Source of the DNA: an uncultured Candidatus Saccharimonadales bacterium
Lineage (GTDB): Bacteria > Patescibacteriota > Saccharimonadia > UBA4664
Reading direction: 5' to 3'
Length of the DNA stretch: 64,000 nt
Assembly (NCBI GenBank): GCA_964467655.1
Contig: CAYXSN010000008.1
Span: 78 to 64,077, forward strand
The translations under genes and the position numbers were made by a program. Numbering within the stretch: the first letter of the stretch is position 1; the number at the start of each line of letters is the position of its first letter. This document shows, one piece after another, positions 20,428-30,233 of the stretch. Below the pieces are notes generated by a model. That model worked only from the letters and a program-made list of their open reading frames with translations, was not told where the DNA came from and did not search any database.

Positions 20428-20972
20428 TACTTGGCCTGGCCTTTGTTGAAACCAACAATCACGGCTGCAGTGTAGCTGCCGCTCGTTGTACTCGTAATAT
20501 TCTCAAGGTCAGCGGCGGCCACTCGGGGAGAGGTCATGAGTGCGTCCCGAAAAGCGAGAGCCGCCTGGTAGGTAGTGGCCGAAAAGTTAATTCGTACCGG
20601 TTGTTTCTCGTCGCCCGTGAGGGTCATGGTATCAATAGCTACACCTTGAGGCACGACCTTGGCTAAATCCTCGATGAGAGCCGAAAAGCGGGTTTGACTA
20701 TTAAAAACGTAAGCCACAGCCGCCAGTCGATCGCTGGCCTCCTTAGCTTTGGGTGCAAATGATTTATTGAGCGAGCTAATGGTCGCCTGTTTGTCGGCGG
20801 CTTCTTGATCCACTCGAGCCGCTTTCTGTCCGAGGTCACGCAAGGCCCATACAAAGACGCCCGCCAGAGCCACCACCACCACAATGCACAGTTTAATGTA
20901 GCGCAATACCAGACGATTCAATTTGGCGAAATGGATCTGCTGTTTGACATCTGGCGGCATCAAATTGATCAT
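20427..20972 (-). CDS. pilN: type IV pilus assembly protein PilN
   Basis: conserved N-terminal MINLMPP (INLLP motif), single TM. Confidence 0.7.
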   Translation of the reverse strand: MINLMPPDVKQQIHFAKLNRLVLRYIKLCIVVVVALAGVFVWALRDLGQKAARVDQEAADKQATISSLNKSFAPKAKEASDRLAAVAYVFNSQTRFSALIEDLAKVVPQGVAIDTMTLTGDEKQPVRINFSATTYQAALAFRDALMTSPRVAAADLENITSTTSGSYTAAVIVGFNKGQAK

Positions 20973-22021
20973 TTGTGAGTCTCCCACCTGGCTAGGCCAA
21001 TGGCTGTGGTGTACATTGGCGCATCGGTTTCTGGGATTTGATCGAGCTTACCTAAGTCCAGGTCTTTCCAGGGTTCAGCGACCACCAGGGGTACGTTCAT
21101 CTGGGAAGCCATATATTCCACAAACCCAGGCATACTGGCGCTGCCACCAGATACAATGATCAGCTCAATCTTCCGCCTGCCAGCGCCCCGGTCTTGGTAA
21201 AATTTAATAACCCGCTTCATCTCATCGCACATTTTCTTCAAGGGAACACCTAAGCTGGCCACAATCTTGGGCTGTAGCCCAGACGGCCCTACCCCAAATT
21301 TGTACTTAATCTCACTGGCCTGGTCACGGGTAATGGCCAGGTCTTTTACGAGCTGCATCGTTAAGGTGTCACCTCCCATGGCCACAGTATCAGTCAGGCG
21401 TAGCACTTTATCGTAGACTGTCAGGTCAATCGAACTCGAACCAATGTCGGCCACCAGTGTCGGCTTGTCCATCTGAGCGGTGGCTACCACTGCCCGGGTA
21501 GCGGCTGCCAGGCTCGATTCAATGAGACCGACCTCAAGCTTGAGGATGTCAAACAGCTTCATGTAACTATCTACGATGGCTCGGGGTGCAGCCACCATCA
21601 AGACTTCGCTTTGCTCAGCTCCTGCTTCCACGATTTCATGGTCGATATACAGATCAGCCAGCGGCACCGGAATGTATTGCTCAGCTTCCAGCCGCACCGC
21701 CGCCCCCAGGTCTTCTGGTTTCATATTGGGTAATTGGATGACCCGAGTAAATAGCTTGGCGACAGGCAAAGCTGTAGCTATGCGCGAGGCTGTTAGCCGG
21801 CCATGGGGAACCTTGTCAATCAGCGGTCTGAGTTGTTGAGCGATCAGCTTAGGATCAACAATAATACCTTCGGTGATGGCATCTTCATCAAAATCGGCAT
21901 ACCCATACGCCAGCACCTTGTGCCGGTTACCGCCGGGTCGCAGTTGCATAATCTTGGCTGTACGCGTGCCCAGATCAAAACCAAAAGTCGGCTTTTCCCG
22001 ATAAATGAGCGGTACTCGCAT
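20969..22021 (-). CDS. pilM: type IV pilus assembly ATPase-like protein PilM (actin-like fold)
   Basis: FGFDLGTRTAKIMQL, DIGSSSIDLTV, GGSASMPGF actin/FtsA-like motifs. Confidence 0.85.
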   Translation of the reverse strand: MRVPLIYREKPTFGFDLGTRTAKIMQLRPGGNRHKVLAYGYADFDEDAITEGIIVDPKLIAQQLRPLIDKVPHGRLTASRIATALPVAKLFTRVIQLPNMKPEDLGAAVRLEAEQYIPVPLADLYIDHEIVEAGAEQSEVLMVAAPRAIVDSYMKLFDILKLEVGLIESSLAAATRAVVATAQMDKPTLVADIGSSSIDLTVYDKVLRLTDTVAMGGDTLTMQLVKDLAITRDQASEIKYKFGVGPSGLQPKIVASLGVPLKKMCDEMKRVIKFYQDRGAGRRKIELIIVSGGSASMPGFVEYMASQMNVPLVVAEPWKDLDLGKLDQIPETDAPMYTTAIGLARWETHK

Positions 22022-22072
22022 TACGATATCCTAACCATAGCCATTATACCCATTGTATCATTATGCCAAGCT

Positions 22073-23461
22073 TTAGGGGTTATACAACTGCTCGCGCCAG
22101 TTCAATACGCTGTAGTTGCCAGTGGTGGGGTAGCAAGGGGGCGGCCCATACAGCAAATTGGTGTCGTAGGTAGTGGTGTTAGTCGGGTAGCCGCTAATCG
22201 GGTTACCGCCGCCATTGGTCCATAACCAGGTCCAGGTGTCATAGGTACTAATGCTGCCGTAGAACTGCAAGTTGGTTTTAACACCGCCGCTGTTGGGATA
22301 CCAAACGTTGCCTTTTTGGGCCAGCGCCGCCGCATTGATCTCGATGGTGTTGGGAGCGTAGGTGGCCACCAACACGTCTTTTTGAGCGATCAGGCCGATC
22401 ACGGCGCTACCGTCTTTGGCGGCATATGTGAGGTTACCGACGACAGTTATCGAGGTATTGGTGGCCGGACTTTCAGGCAAACGCCCGCTCATGATGTTGA
22501 TGCGTCCCGGCCAGCCGGTACCCTCCACCCAAACGTTATCCTGAACATATAAAATACCGTTGGCTGGAGCCGCCAAAGTTGCTACCGGAGTGCCCGTCGT
22601 GAATGTTAAGCCGCCTGAAGTTTCGTTCTTGACGATATATTCCTCAATCGTACCGTTCGACTTGAGTTTGAAGTAGTATCCAAGTTTGTTGGTTTTGGCG
22701 AAATACAGGCCATTGGACTGGGCCTTGGCGATACAGGCATTGTAGTCGGCCGTCACCTTGGAGAAATCAATCGACGGTACCGGGTACTGCCACTGGTACG
22801 TGGGGCCGCCGTTGCCCCAAACCCCGTTATGGGTCGCACCGTCGCCGCCGTAGGCCGGTGCTGGTTTGTATGTCGCCCGGGCGGATGTCACTTGGCCATT
22901 ATTAGTTCCGTCCATATGGACGCCCACATTTGAGTGCACCGGTCCAGAAGTACTCTCAGTATTACCGACCCAGACTTCGGTTTCGGTCAACAAAGCATAG
23001 GCAGCAAATGAGGTTTGGCCCAACTGGGCTAAAATGGTGCGTGTACCCGAAAATTTTGGCACGGTCCCAATCGATTTAACCGTTGTAATGGTCGTTCCGT
23101 TTGACGGCGGCGTTATCCAAAGCGTATACGTGCCCAGGAGCTTGCCGTTGGAATCGTAATAATTGTGGCTATAGGGTCCGTAAGGAGCGGTTGAGGGAGT
23201 AGTGGCATTGCCGTCAGTGTAGTCTGTTTGGTTGTGGGCCAGGTGCCATAGGTAATAATTAATACCGGCTTCAGCTACATCCATCGCCTGCGCGCTACGC
23301 ACCTCGTATTGAGTAAACCGGCTGTTTGAGATGAGGGTTTGCGCCGCAATCATGCCCAAAGTCGACAGAATAAACGCCATTACCAGAGCCGTCAGCATGA
23401 TAAACCCGCCCTCGCTTGAGGCGCTGGTTTCGGATTGGATGAGGCGAGAGCGTTGTATCAT
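22073..23461 (-). CDS. pilin-like / PilX-like minor pilin with large C-terminal domain
   Basis: N-terminal hydrophobic pilin-like helix GGFIMLTALVMAFILSTLGMIAAQ without E5; coupled to upstream minor pilin. Confidence 0.45.
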   Translation of the reverse strand: MIQRSRLIQSETSASSEGGFIMLTALVMAFILSTLGMIAAQTLISNSRFTQYEVRSAQAMDVAEAGINYYLWHLAHNQTDYTDGNATTPSTAPYGPYSHNYYDSNGKLLGTYTLWITPPSNGTTITTVKSIGTVPKFSGTRTILAQLGQTSFAAYALLTETEVWVGNTESTSGPVHSNVGVHMDGTNNGQVTSARATYKPAPAYGGDGATHNGVWGNGGPTYQWQYPVPSIDFSKVTADYNACIAKAQSNGLYFAKTNKLGYYFKLKSNGTIEEYIVKNETSGGLTFTTGTPVATLAAPANGILYVQDNVWVEGTGWPGRINIMSGRLPESPATNTSITVVGNLTYAAKDGSAVIGLIAQKDVLVATYAPNTIEINAAALAQKGNVWYPNSGGVKTNLQFYGSISTYDTWTWLWTNGGGNPISGYPTNTTTYDTNLLYGPPPCYPTTGNYSVLNWREQLYNP

Positions 23462-24063
23462 AGGTTGGTCTTGAAGTTCCGTAAGGTTACTTGGGTACTC
23501 AGCGACACGGGTTTACTGAGCTGTTTGGTCCGCGGATTAGCCGCCACATACACGCCCACGCCTTTGACTTGACTGAGACTAAAGCCGTTCGGTAACAATA
23601 CCCCGTTTTCGTCATAATATCGAAACAACGCATTGCCTTCCATTTGCAGGTCGACCCGGGTAACAGTAATAACCTCATTGGCGGAGTTATAGGTATAATT
23701 AGGCGCTGTACCGGTCGGGGGAGTCACGCCAATATTCAGATTGGTGCCGTTGATAAAGTACCTGATTTTTTTAACTTGAGTATCGGCCGGCGAGAAATAG
23801 CCATAGATAATCAGGCTATTATCGGTGGCCGAGACAATCCCGGTGGCGCCTCTGATCACCTTGGTCATACGGGCTGCGAGTGTCGTCAGCTCCTGGCTGG
23901 TGTTCGACTGGGCTTGCAGAAACTCAAACGAGCTCAAGCCCTTATAGGTAAATACCGTCAAGGGTACGGCCACCATGGCCACCAGACCCATCACGATAAT
24001 CAACTCCAGCAGGCTATAGCCACCTTGAGCGATGCCCTGGGAGCACCTGTCACGGTACCACAT
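23458..24063 (-). CDS. prepilin-type minor pilin
   Basis: class III signal GYSLLELIIVMGLVAM (G-Y-S-L-L-E). Confidence 0.6.
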   Translation of the reverse strand: MWYRDRCSQGIAQGGYSLLELIIVMGLVAMVAVPLTVFTYKGLSSFEFLQAQSNTSQELTTLAARMTKVIRGATGIVSATDNSLIIYGYFSPADTQVKKIRYFINGTNLNIGVTPPTGTAPNYTYNSANEVITVTRVDLQMEGNALFRYYDENGVLLPNGFSLSQVKGVGVYVAANPRTKQLSKPVSLSTQVTLRNFKTNL

Positions 24064-25417
24064 GGTAGCCTCCGGTCTGGGTGGCAGTCTTACCACTCTT
24101 GGTAACCACTAAACTCCAATCACCAGTAGCCGCACCCGTCAGGTTGACGTTGCATGTCAGGCTGGTGCTGGTGCCGCTACAGCCGGTACCGTTGATGTCA
24201 CTTTGGCCTGTCAGTTGCAGCTTCATAGCGGCCGAGCTTAAATTGGTACCTGTGACCGTCACGCTTGAACTGGCGGTGCCGGTTTGACCTGAAGTTGGAT
24301 TAACCTTTGCGATAGTCGGCCAGGTGCTGTCATCACTAATCACCAGGTTAACCGAAGTCGAACTGTTGGGTGCCAATGATGCCGGCGCCATCGGGGCGCT
24401 TGATACTACGTAGTAACCAGCGCCCACACTGAAGCTGTAATCATCCCACTCCATATTGGCTACCGTAATATCACCGCCGGCAGTGGTAGTGGAGCTTTGA
24501 GAATATTTATAAACGGTGGGGTTGTTCTTAGTCTTTTTGGCGCCAGTGATTGTGATAGGGAAGCTAGCCTTGGCTACGCCGTCGGTGTCGATGGCGTGTA
24601 CGTACAAAGTAGATAACTGGTCGATTGACATTGTCAGAGACGTTATCTGCTGAGTTAGTACGTTGGGGTTAAGTTTGACCGCCGTTTGCGAGCCCGGCGG
24701 ATCGGCTATCGTACCGTCAGTTGAATAGCCGCTTTTCGTGACTGTCACCACATAGGTGTTATTGCTGTAAGGTGGCAACCTGGGTACCACCACGAGCCCA
24801 TCGACATCTGTTGTAGTGGAGATATTCACAGCCGGATTTGGACTCGGATTGGTAATCGTCACCGTGGCGTTGGGTATGGGGTTGCCTGAAGCATCGAGCA
24901 CTTTAATGCTCAAAATACCGGTGTTGGAGGACGTTTCGGCCGCTTTGGCCGCCACGTCGGTGCTCAGTTCCGCCACGACTTGGTTACTGGTTTTGAGCTT
25001 GATGATAATGTGGGCCTTTTTGTAATCATATGGGTAAAGGTCCCGAGGCTTACCGGCCGCTGGCCCGCTGGCACAAGGGCATGATGCATACCCATCATAC
25101 GGGTCGTCTACATATTCGATGCGGTTATTGACCAGAAACGTATAACTGCCACGCACGACAGTTTCGTTGTCGGCAATGCTGCCCGGTGGATAAATCGTGC
25201 CATTTTGAGTGGCCAAGGCGTCATATGGCAAGCTGTGCAGATATTCCATTTTTTCGTTGGCCAACGCCAAACCAATCGCCCGAGCCTTGCCGAGTGTCAC
25301 GGTCTTAAGGTTATCCATAAACAAACCACCTACAGCCGCCACCATGATTGCCATAATGGTAACCCCAAAGACTAATTCAACGAGGGTAAAGCCCTGCTCA
25401 CGAGAGGCTCGTTTCAT
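24050..25417 (-). CDS. prepilin-type protein with Thr-rich Ig-like C-terminal region (PilV/PilY-like tip protein or adhesin candidate)
   Basis: class III signal QGFTLVELVFGVTIMAI; long T/S-rich beta-rich C-terminus. Confidence 0.6.
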   Translation of the reverse strand: MKRASREQGFTLVELVFGVTIMAIMVAAVGGLFMDNLKTVTLGKARAIGLALANEKMEYLHSLPYDALATQNGTIYPPGSIADNETVVRGSYTFLVNNRIEYVDDPYDGYASCPCASGPAAGKPRDLYPYDYKKAHIIIKLKTSNQVVAELSTDVAAKAAETSSNTGILSIKVLDASGNPIPNATVTITNPSPNPAVNISTTTDVDGLVVVPRLPPYSNNTYVVTVTKSGYSTDGTIADPPGSQTAVKLNPNVLTQQITSLTMSIDQLSTLYVHAIDTDGVAKASFPITITGAKKTKNNPTVYKYSQSSTTTAGGDITVANMEWDDYSFSVGAGYYVVSSAPMAPASLAPNSSTSVNLVISDDSTWPTIAKVNPTSGQTGTASSSVTVTGTNLSSAAMKLQLTGQSDINGTGCSGTSTSLTCNVNLTGAATGDWSLVVTKSGKTATQTGGYHVVP

Positions 25418-25502
25418 AACAGTTATTATATCGCTAATGCTTGCAATAACGAAACCGGCCTCCAAATTTGAAGGCCGGACTGTTATTTGTTTTATTGGTC
25501 GA

Positions 25503-25934
25503 CTAGTTACCGTTGACCACTTGGAAGGAACGGGTGGTGCAGGGTGACACCGCAGCCAGAGTATTGGTTGAGTTATCCTGATCGTTCTCCAGGCAAGCCG
25601 TCAGAGTGTACGTGGTGTTCGAGTTGGCTGGCGTGTAGGTGTAGACGAACGGCGACACGTTCTTGGGATCAGTCGGCACCGTCTTCATGATCGGGGCTGA
25701 ACCTGACTGCAAGTCAGCCAAAGCTGCCGGGTAAACATTGTTATTGACGAAGTATTCTTCGAGACCTTTGCGGACGGTGGTAATGTCCGTCTTGCGCTGG
25801 GTGTCACGGGCCTTCTTGGGTGCCGATGTGATGTTAGGAATGATCAAAAGGGCCAAGATACCAATGATCACAATCACGATCAGCAACTCGAGCAGCGTGA
25901 AACCACCTTGCTTCTTAATTGACAAACCAGACAT
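25503..25934 (-). CDS. pilA: type IV major pilin
   Basis: KQGGFTLLELLIVIVIIGILA prepilin leader plus N-terminal helix; 143 aa. Confidence 0.88.
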   Translation of the reverse strand: MSGLSIKKQGGFTLLELLIVIVIIGILALLIIPNITSAPKKARDTQRKTDITTVRKGLEEYFVNNNVYPAALADLQSGSAPIMKTVPTDPKNVSPFVYTYTPANSNTTYTLTACLENDQDNSTNTLAAVSPCTTRSFQVVNGN

Positions 25935-26000
25935 GAGTGCTCACCTCCTTAAAATTTTGCGGACAAAACAGCTTTTTATTTGATGCTATTCTTCCCTTGC

Positions 26001-26030
26001 ATCATAAAGTGCTTAAGGTTGATATGTCAA
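26001..26030 (-). promoter_or_regulatory. sigma70-like promoter for pilA (TTGACA-N18-TATGAT on the minus strand)
   Basis: reverse complement reads TTGACATATCAACCTTAAGCACTTTATGAT; RBS AAGGAGG precedes the pilA ATG. Confidence 0.45.
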
Positions 26031-26101
26031 TGGGAACTTGAGAGCGCTAGGCATAAACGTGATGCAGGCCCGGGGAACATGGTGTTCCCCGGGCCTGTGG
26101 T

Positions 26102-26305
26102 TCAGCCGACTCGCCACATGACGATGAACGCGATGATCAGCGCAAACGCCACGCCCACCAGCCCTGCTGATATCCAGGCGAACAAGGTGGCTCGGCCCGG
26201 CCGGGCCAGTATCTCTTCCTTGTTTCGCCGCGCCCATGAGATCTGTGCTCCCGTGGCCGCCACGATGGCGCCCGCAGTATAGAGCATCAGCGAACGAAGG
26301 TCCAT
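26102..26305 (-). CDS. small two-TM membrane protein (hypothetical)
   Basis: 67-aa ORF between pilC and pilA. Confidence 0.3.
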   Translation of the reverse strand: MDLRSLMLYTAGAIVAATGAQISWARRNKEEILARPGRATLFAWISAGLVGVAFALIIAFIVMWRVG

Positions 26306-26407
26306 AAACCCTCCCTTCTCGTGTGGACGTCATTACATTATAAAACAAATAATTATTTTTGTCAAATAGCGCAAAGTGACCGAGGCCAGCGCCGAAGTGG
26401 CTGGCTT

Positions 26408-27625
26408 CTAAACCGAGCTGCCAATATTGGAAATCGGCCCAAACACACTGATCACAATGAACCCGACCATACCACCCAACACCATGATCAGAATCGGCTC
26501 GATGATCGAACTAATACCGGCAACCACAGTATCTACTTCTTTCTCGTAGAAATCGGCCAGTTTCAACAAAATGGTATCCATCTGGCCGGTTTCCTCACCC
26601 ACGCTCAGCATCTGTCCTACAATCGCCGGAAAGTGCTTGCTCGCGCGAATGTGTTCACTCATGGGCCGGCCGTTTTTGACCGATTGCGCTACGACAGCCA
26701 GCTCTTCCTGATAAACGGTATTACCGAGAGCTGATTTAGTGGCGTTGATGGCATCAAGCACCGAAATGCCCGATGCCATAAGTGAACCAAAAGTACGGGC
26801 GAATCGGGCAATGTTGACCTTCACGAGGATCTCACCAAATATAGGCATCTTTAATAGTAATTTATCAACTATACGCCGCCCGCCGGCCGTGGCCCGCCAG
26901 CGCACAAAACCGATTCCCGCAGCCACTAAGCCTCCGATAACCATCCACCAGCTATGAACCAAAAAACCTGATATCGCCAGCATGGCCTTGGTATAAACCG
27001 GCAGTTCGGCACCGGCGTTCTCGAAAATGCTCGATAGCTTCGGCACGATTACGGTCATCAGGAAGATAAATGCAGACACAGTCGCCACGGTAATGACGCC
27101 CGGATAAATCATGGCGCTGCGCACCTTGCTGACGATCTCGGCGTCTTTTTCTTGTTGGGTCGCCAGCCGGTCCAAGACCTGGTCTAAAATACCGCCCACT
27201 TCACCGGCTCTCACCATATTGACGTAAATCTCATTGAAAACATCGGGGTGCGCCGACAACGCGTTAGCCAGCGTGGCCCCGCCTTCGACCTGCTTGGAGA
27301 CATCGGCAGTCACGTTCTTGAGCTTCTTGGAGGTCGTCTGCTCGGCCAGAATGCTCAAGGTCTGCACGATTGGCACGCCGGCATTGATCATGGTGGCAAA
27401 CTGACGGCTAAATACCACCTTGTCTTGTAGACTGACGTGCTGGCCAAGAAATTTGCCAAGAAACCCGGCGCCATTCTTGCCGACAGCCGCCTGTTCCTTG
27501 ATAAGCACCGGTGTCAGGCCTTTAGAGGTCAGGCTGGCGGTGGCACCGGCTCGATCAGGAGCAAAAACCGTACCCTTGACGATGGCACCGCTTTTATCGT
27601 GAGCGCTATAGTTAAATTGACCCAT
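26408..27625 (-). CDS. pilC: type IV pilus platform protein PilC (GspF family)
   Basis: duplicated T2SF domains, 405 aa. Confidence 0.9.
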   Translation of the reverse strand: MGQFNYSAHDKSGAIVKGTVFAPDRAGATASLTSKGLTPVLIKEQAAVGKNGAGFLGKFLGQHVSLQDKVVFSRQFATMINAGVPIVQTLSILAEQTTSKKLKNVTADVSKQVEGGATLANALSAHPDVFNEIYVNMVRAGEVGGILDQVLDRLATQQEKDAEIVSKVRSAMIYPGVITVATVSAFIFLMTVIVPKLSSIFENAGAELPVYTKAMLAISGFLVHSWWMVIGGLVAAGIGFVRWRATAGGRRIVDKLLLKMPIFGEILVKVNIARFARTFGSLMASGISVLDAINATKSALGNTVYQEELAVVAQSVKNGRPMSEHIRASKHFPAIVGQMLSVGEETGQMDTILLKLADFYEKEVDTVVAGISSIIEPILIMVLGGMVGFIVISVFGPISNIGSSV

Positions 27626-27650
27626 GCCGGTTTAGCCGTTATCCATTAGG

Positions 27651-29660
27651 TTACTCTCGCGTCACCCGCATGATTTCTTCAATCGTCGTTTTACCGAGTA
27701 GTGCTTTCACAAATCCGTCTTGCTGCATGGTCAACATACCACTACGAATGGCGGCCACCTGGATGTCCTCACTGGTCGCCCGCGACACAATTAGCTTTGA
27801 TAGAGTGGTATCAATTTCTAGCACTTCGTAGATACCCATCCGGCCCTGGAACCCGGCACTACCGCAGGCTTCGCAGCCGGGTCCTTGCTTATACAAGATG
27901 AACTGGCCCGATTTCAGATCTTTGGGATCAGGAGCCGGTTCGGCCATGGGCACCTTGGTCTCCTTGGCGGCGGGTGCAGTTTGTGCGACGGCCTTGGGCT
28001 GGTTGGCCTCTGCGGCGCTGCGGTTCAAAATATTGGGATCAGCTGCAATTTTATCGAGGATACTCTTGGCATTTTCAATGATTTCGTGCTCAGGATTAAT
28101 TACCCGGCCTTTTTTGTGCTCAGTGGGTAGGATGGCCTCTTCTTCAACCTTGGGCACAGCTTCGACTTCGGCCGTGGCCGCTGGTGTGGCTGGCGCCTCG
28201 GGCATGCCTTTGATCTCGTTGAAGCGTTTCAAAGCGGCATCCAGCTGAAAGTCGCGCTTGATATTGGTGAGCTCAACCCCCACCGGCACGTAGGGAATCC
28301 GGCAGGTCTGGCACAGCCGGCGCACCAGCCGCTGGCCGATCACGGTATTAACGGTACTGGCAATCAAAAACGGCTCGATGCCCATATCGAGCAAACGGGG
28401 GAGGGTGGTGGCGGCATTGTTGGTGTGCAAGGTACTGAGTACGACGTGGCCGGTGAGCGCCGCCTGCACCGCCAGATCGGCCGTCTCGCCATCCCGAATC
28501 TCGCCAACCATGATGATGTTGGGGTCTTGCCGCAGCAAGGCCCGCAGGCCCGAGGCAAACGTCATGCCCGCCTTGGGATTGACCTGAGTCTGGTTAACGC
28601 CGCCTACCCGGTATTCCACGGGGTCCTCAATGGTAGAAATATTGACACCGGCGGTATTGAGCATACTCAAGACCGAATACAACGTTGTCGATTTACCGGA
28701 ACCAGTCGGGCCGGTCACCAGAGTCATGCCGTGGGGCTTATGGAGGTTACGCACGATGGTTTCCAGGGCATGACCGTTAAAGCCCAATTCCTCGAGCGTC
28801 AGGGCACGGGCCGATTCGTCCAAAATACGCATGACTACTTTTTCGCCATCCATGATCGGCAGGGTGGAAACGCGCAAAGCCACCTGGGTTTGGCCAATGG
28901 CAAATTTAAACCGCCCGTCCTGGGGCACGCGGTGCTCATCGATCTTGAGATTGGCCAAGATCTTAATACGCGACACTACGGCCGCCAGAATTGGCTTGGG
29001 CAGGGTCATGGTCTCTTTGAGGACACCATCAATCCGGTAACGCACTTGCACGATAGTCTCGCGGGGCTCGATGTGGATGTCCGAAGCTCGCGATTTGACG
29101 GCGTACTCCAAGATGACGTTGACAGTTTTGGCGATGGGCGCGTCTTCGGCCAAGTCTTTGGCCGACACTTTTTCCTCAGCGGCGGCATCAGCACTAGAGT
29201 CCTTGATGGCCTGAGTGATCTCACTGGAAATACTACCCTTGTATTGGTCAAGGGTACCCAAGATGTCGGCCTGGGTAGCAATGTAGGTTTTGAGTTTACC
29301 GCCGACTTGCTTGGTGATGAAGTCGATAGCTTGGAAGTCTTCAGGGTCGGCCATCGCCAGCTGGAGCTGGTCTTCATCCACACCAAACAGCACCACTTGG
29401 TATTTGCGGGCAATCCTCTCGGGGATTTTGAGGAGGATCTCGCGGGGGATCTTGGCCTCACCGAGCTCAACAAACGGCATTTCCAAGCTCTTGGCGTACA
29501 GCTTGGCCAGGTCTCTCTCGGAGACCAGCTTTTTCTTGAGGACATTCGATAGCAATGTCTCCGACTCGCCCTCTTTGGGCATCAACTCCTCCACGGCCTC
29601 AGCCTTGACCAAGCCGGACTTCACGAGTAGCTGTTTGAGCTCTGGGTCTGCTATGCGCAT
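27651..29660 (-). CDS. pilB: type IV pilus assembly ATPase PilB (GspE family) with tandem N-terminal GSPII_E_N domains
   Basis: Walker A GPTGSGKSTT, Asp box, His box, tetracysteine CQTC...C. Confidence 0.92.
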   Translation of the reverse strand: MRIADPELKQLLVKSGLVKAEAVEELMPKEGESETLLSNVLKKKLVSERDLAKLYAKSLEMPFVELGEAKIPREILLKIPERIARKYQVVLFGVDEDQLQLAMADPEDFQAIDFITKQVGGKLKTYIATQADILGTLDQYKGSISSEITQAIKDSSADAAAEEKVSAKDLAEDAPIAKTVNVILEYAVKSRASDIHIEPRETIVQVRYRIDGVLKETMTLPKPILAAVVSRIKILANLKIDEHRVPQDGRFKFAIGQTQVALRVSTLPIMDGEKVVMRILDESARALTLEELGFNGHALETIVRNLHKPHGMTLVTGPTGSGKSTTLYSVLSMLNTAGVNISTIEDPVEYRVGGVNQTQVNPKAGMTFASGLRALLRQDPNIIMVGEIRDGETADLAVQAALTGHVVLSTLHTNNAATTLPRLLDMGIEPFLIASTVNTVIGQRLVRRLCQTCRIPYVPVGVELTNIKRDFQLDAALKRFNEIKGMPEAPATPAATAEVEAVPKVEEEAILPTEHKKGRVINPEHEIIENAKSILDKIAADPNILNRSAAEANQPKAVAQTAPAAKETKVPMAEPAPDPKDLKSGQFILYKQGPGCEACGSAGFQGRMGIYEVLEIDTTLSKLIVSRATSEDIQVAAIRSGMLTMQQDGFVKALLGKTTIEEIMRVTRE

Positions 29661-29727
29661 AATACGCTAATTGTAGCATAAGCGGTGTAAACAGGCGTAT
29701 TGAGGCAGAAACAGTGAATCGCTCCCC

Positions 29728-29982
29728 CTAGCTCTGTTCAAAGCAGGCCGTATCAGTTGCCTGATTGAACTCCGCCTGAGCTAGCAGTTCCCTGAGCATC
29801 CCGTAGTTTTTGATGGAACTCTGGCACAACTCTCTGATAGCAGAAGTCGCTACGGCAGTTACGCTACAGACGATCAAAATAACCGACGATGCCGCGAGCC
29901 ATCCGCTGACGAAATCATTGTCCGGGTTAGCAGAGGCCATCAGAGTCAGAAATACCACAGGGACGATGAAGAATACTGCCAT
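29728..29982 (-). CDS. small membrane protein (hypothetical)
   Basis: 84-aa ORF upstream of pilB; two TM. Confidence 0.25.
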   Translation of the reverse strand: MAVFFIVPVVFLTLMASANPDNDFVSGWLAASSVILIVCSVTAVATSAIRELCQSSIKNYGMLRELLAQAEFNQATDTACFEQS

Positions 29983-30233
29983 GACTAAAGCCGCAGTATT
30001 GATATATCCTGAAACCTTCAGCCAGGATCTGCGTACGTTGAGGGTTCCGTCGATTGCCGTTCACGATTCCCCCAGGAAGGGGTGAATTCAGGGTCGAACA
30101 CCTGGGCAAAATCACACAACAAAATGCAAGAAAAGTCCAGCTGGCCGCTCATCTTCAATCCGCCCATGCTTGCATTACGGTATTCGTTCGGTATAGTCGA
30201 ATGCATCAGATCGTCAAGATGGAGAAACTGCCT

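Noticed and set aside
28425-29552. 375-aa plus-strand ORF
   Set aside because: Entirely antisense to pilB, which carries Walker A/B and GspE signatures. Long antisense ORFs are expected at this GC content.
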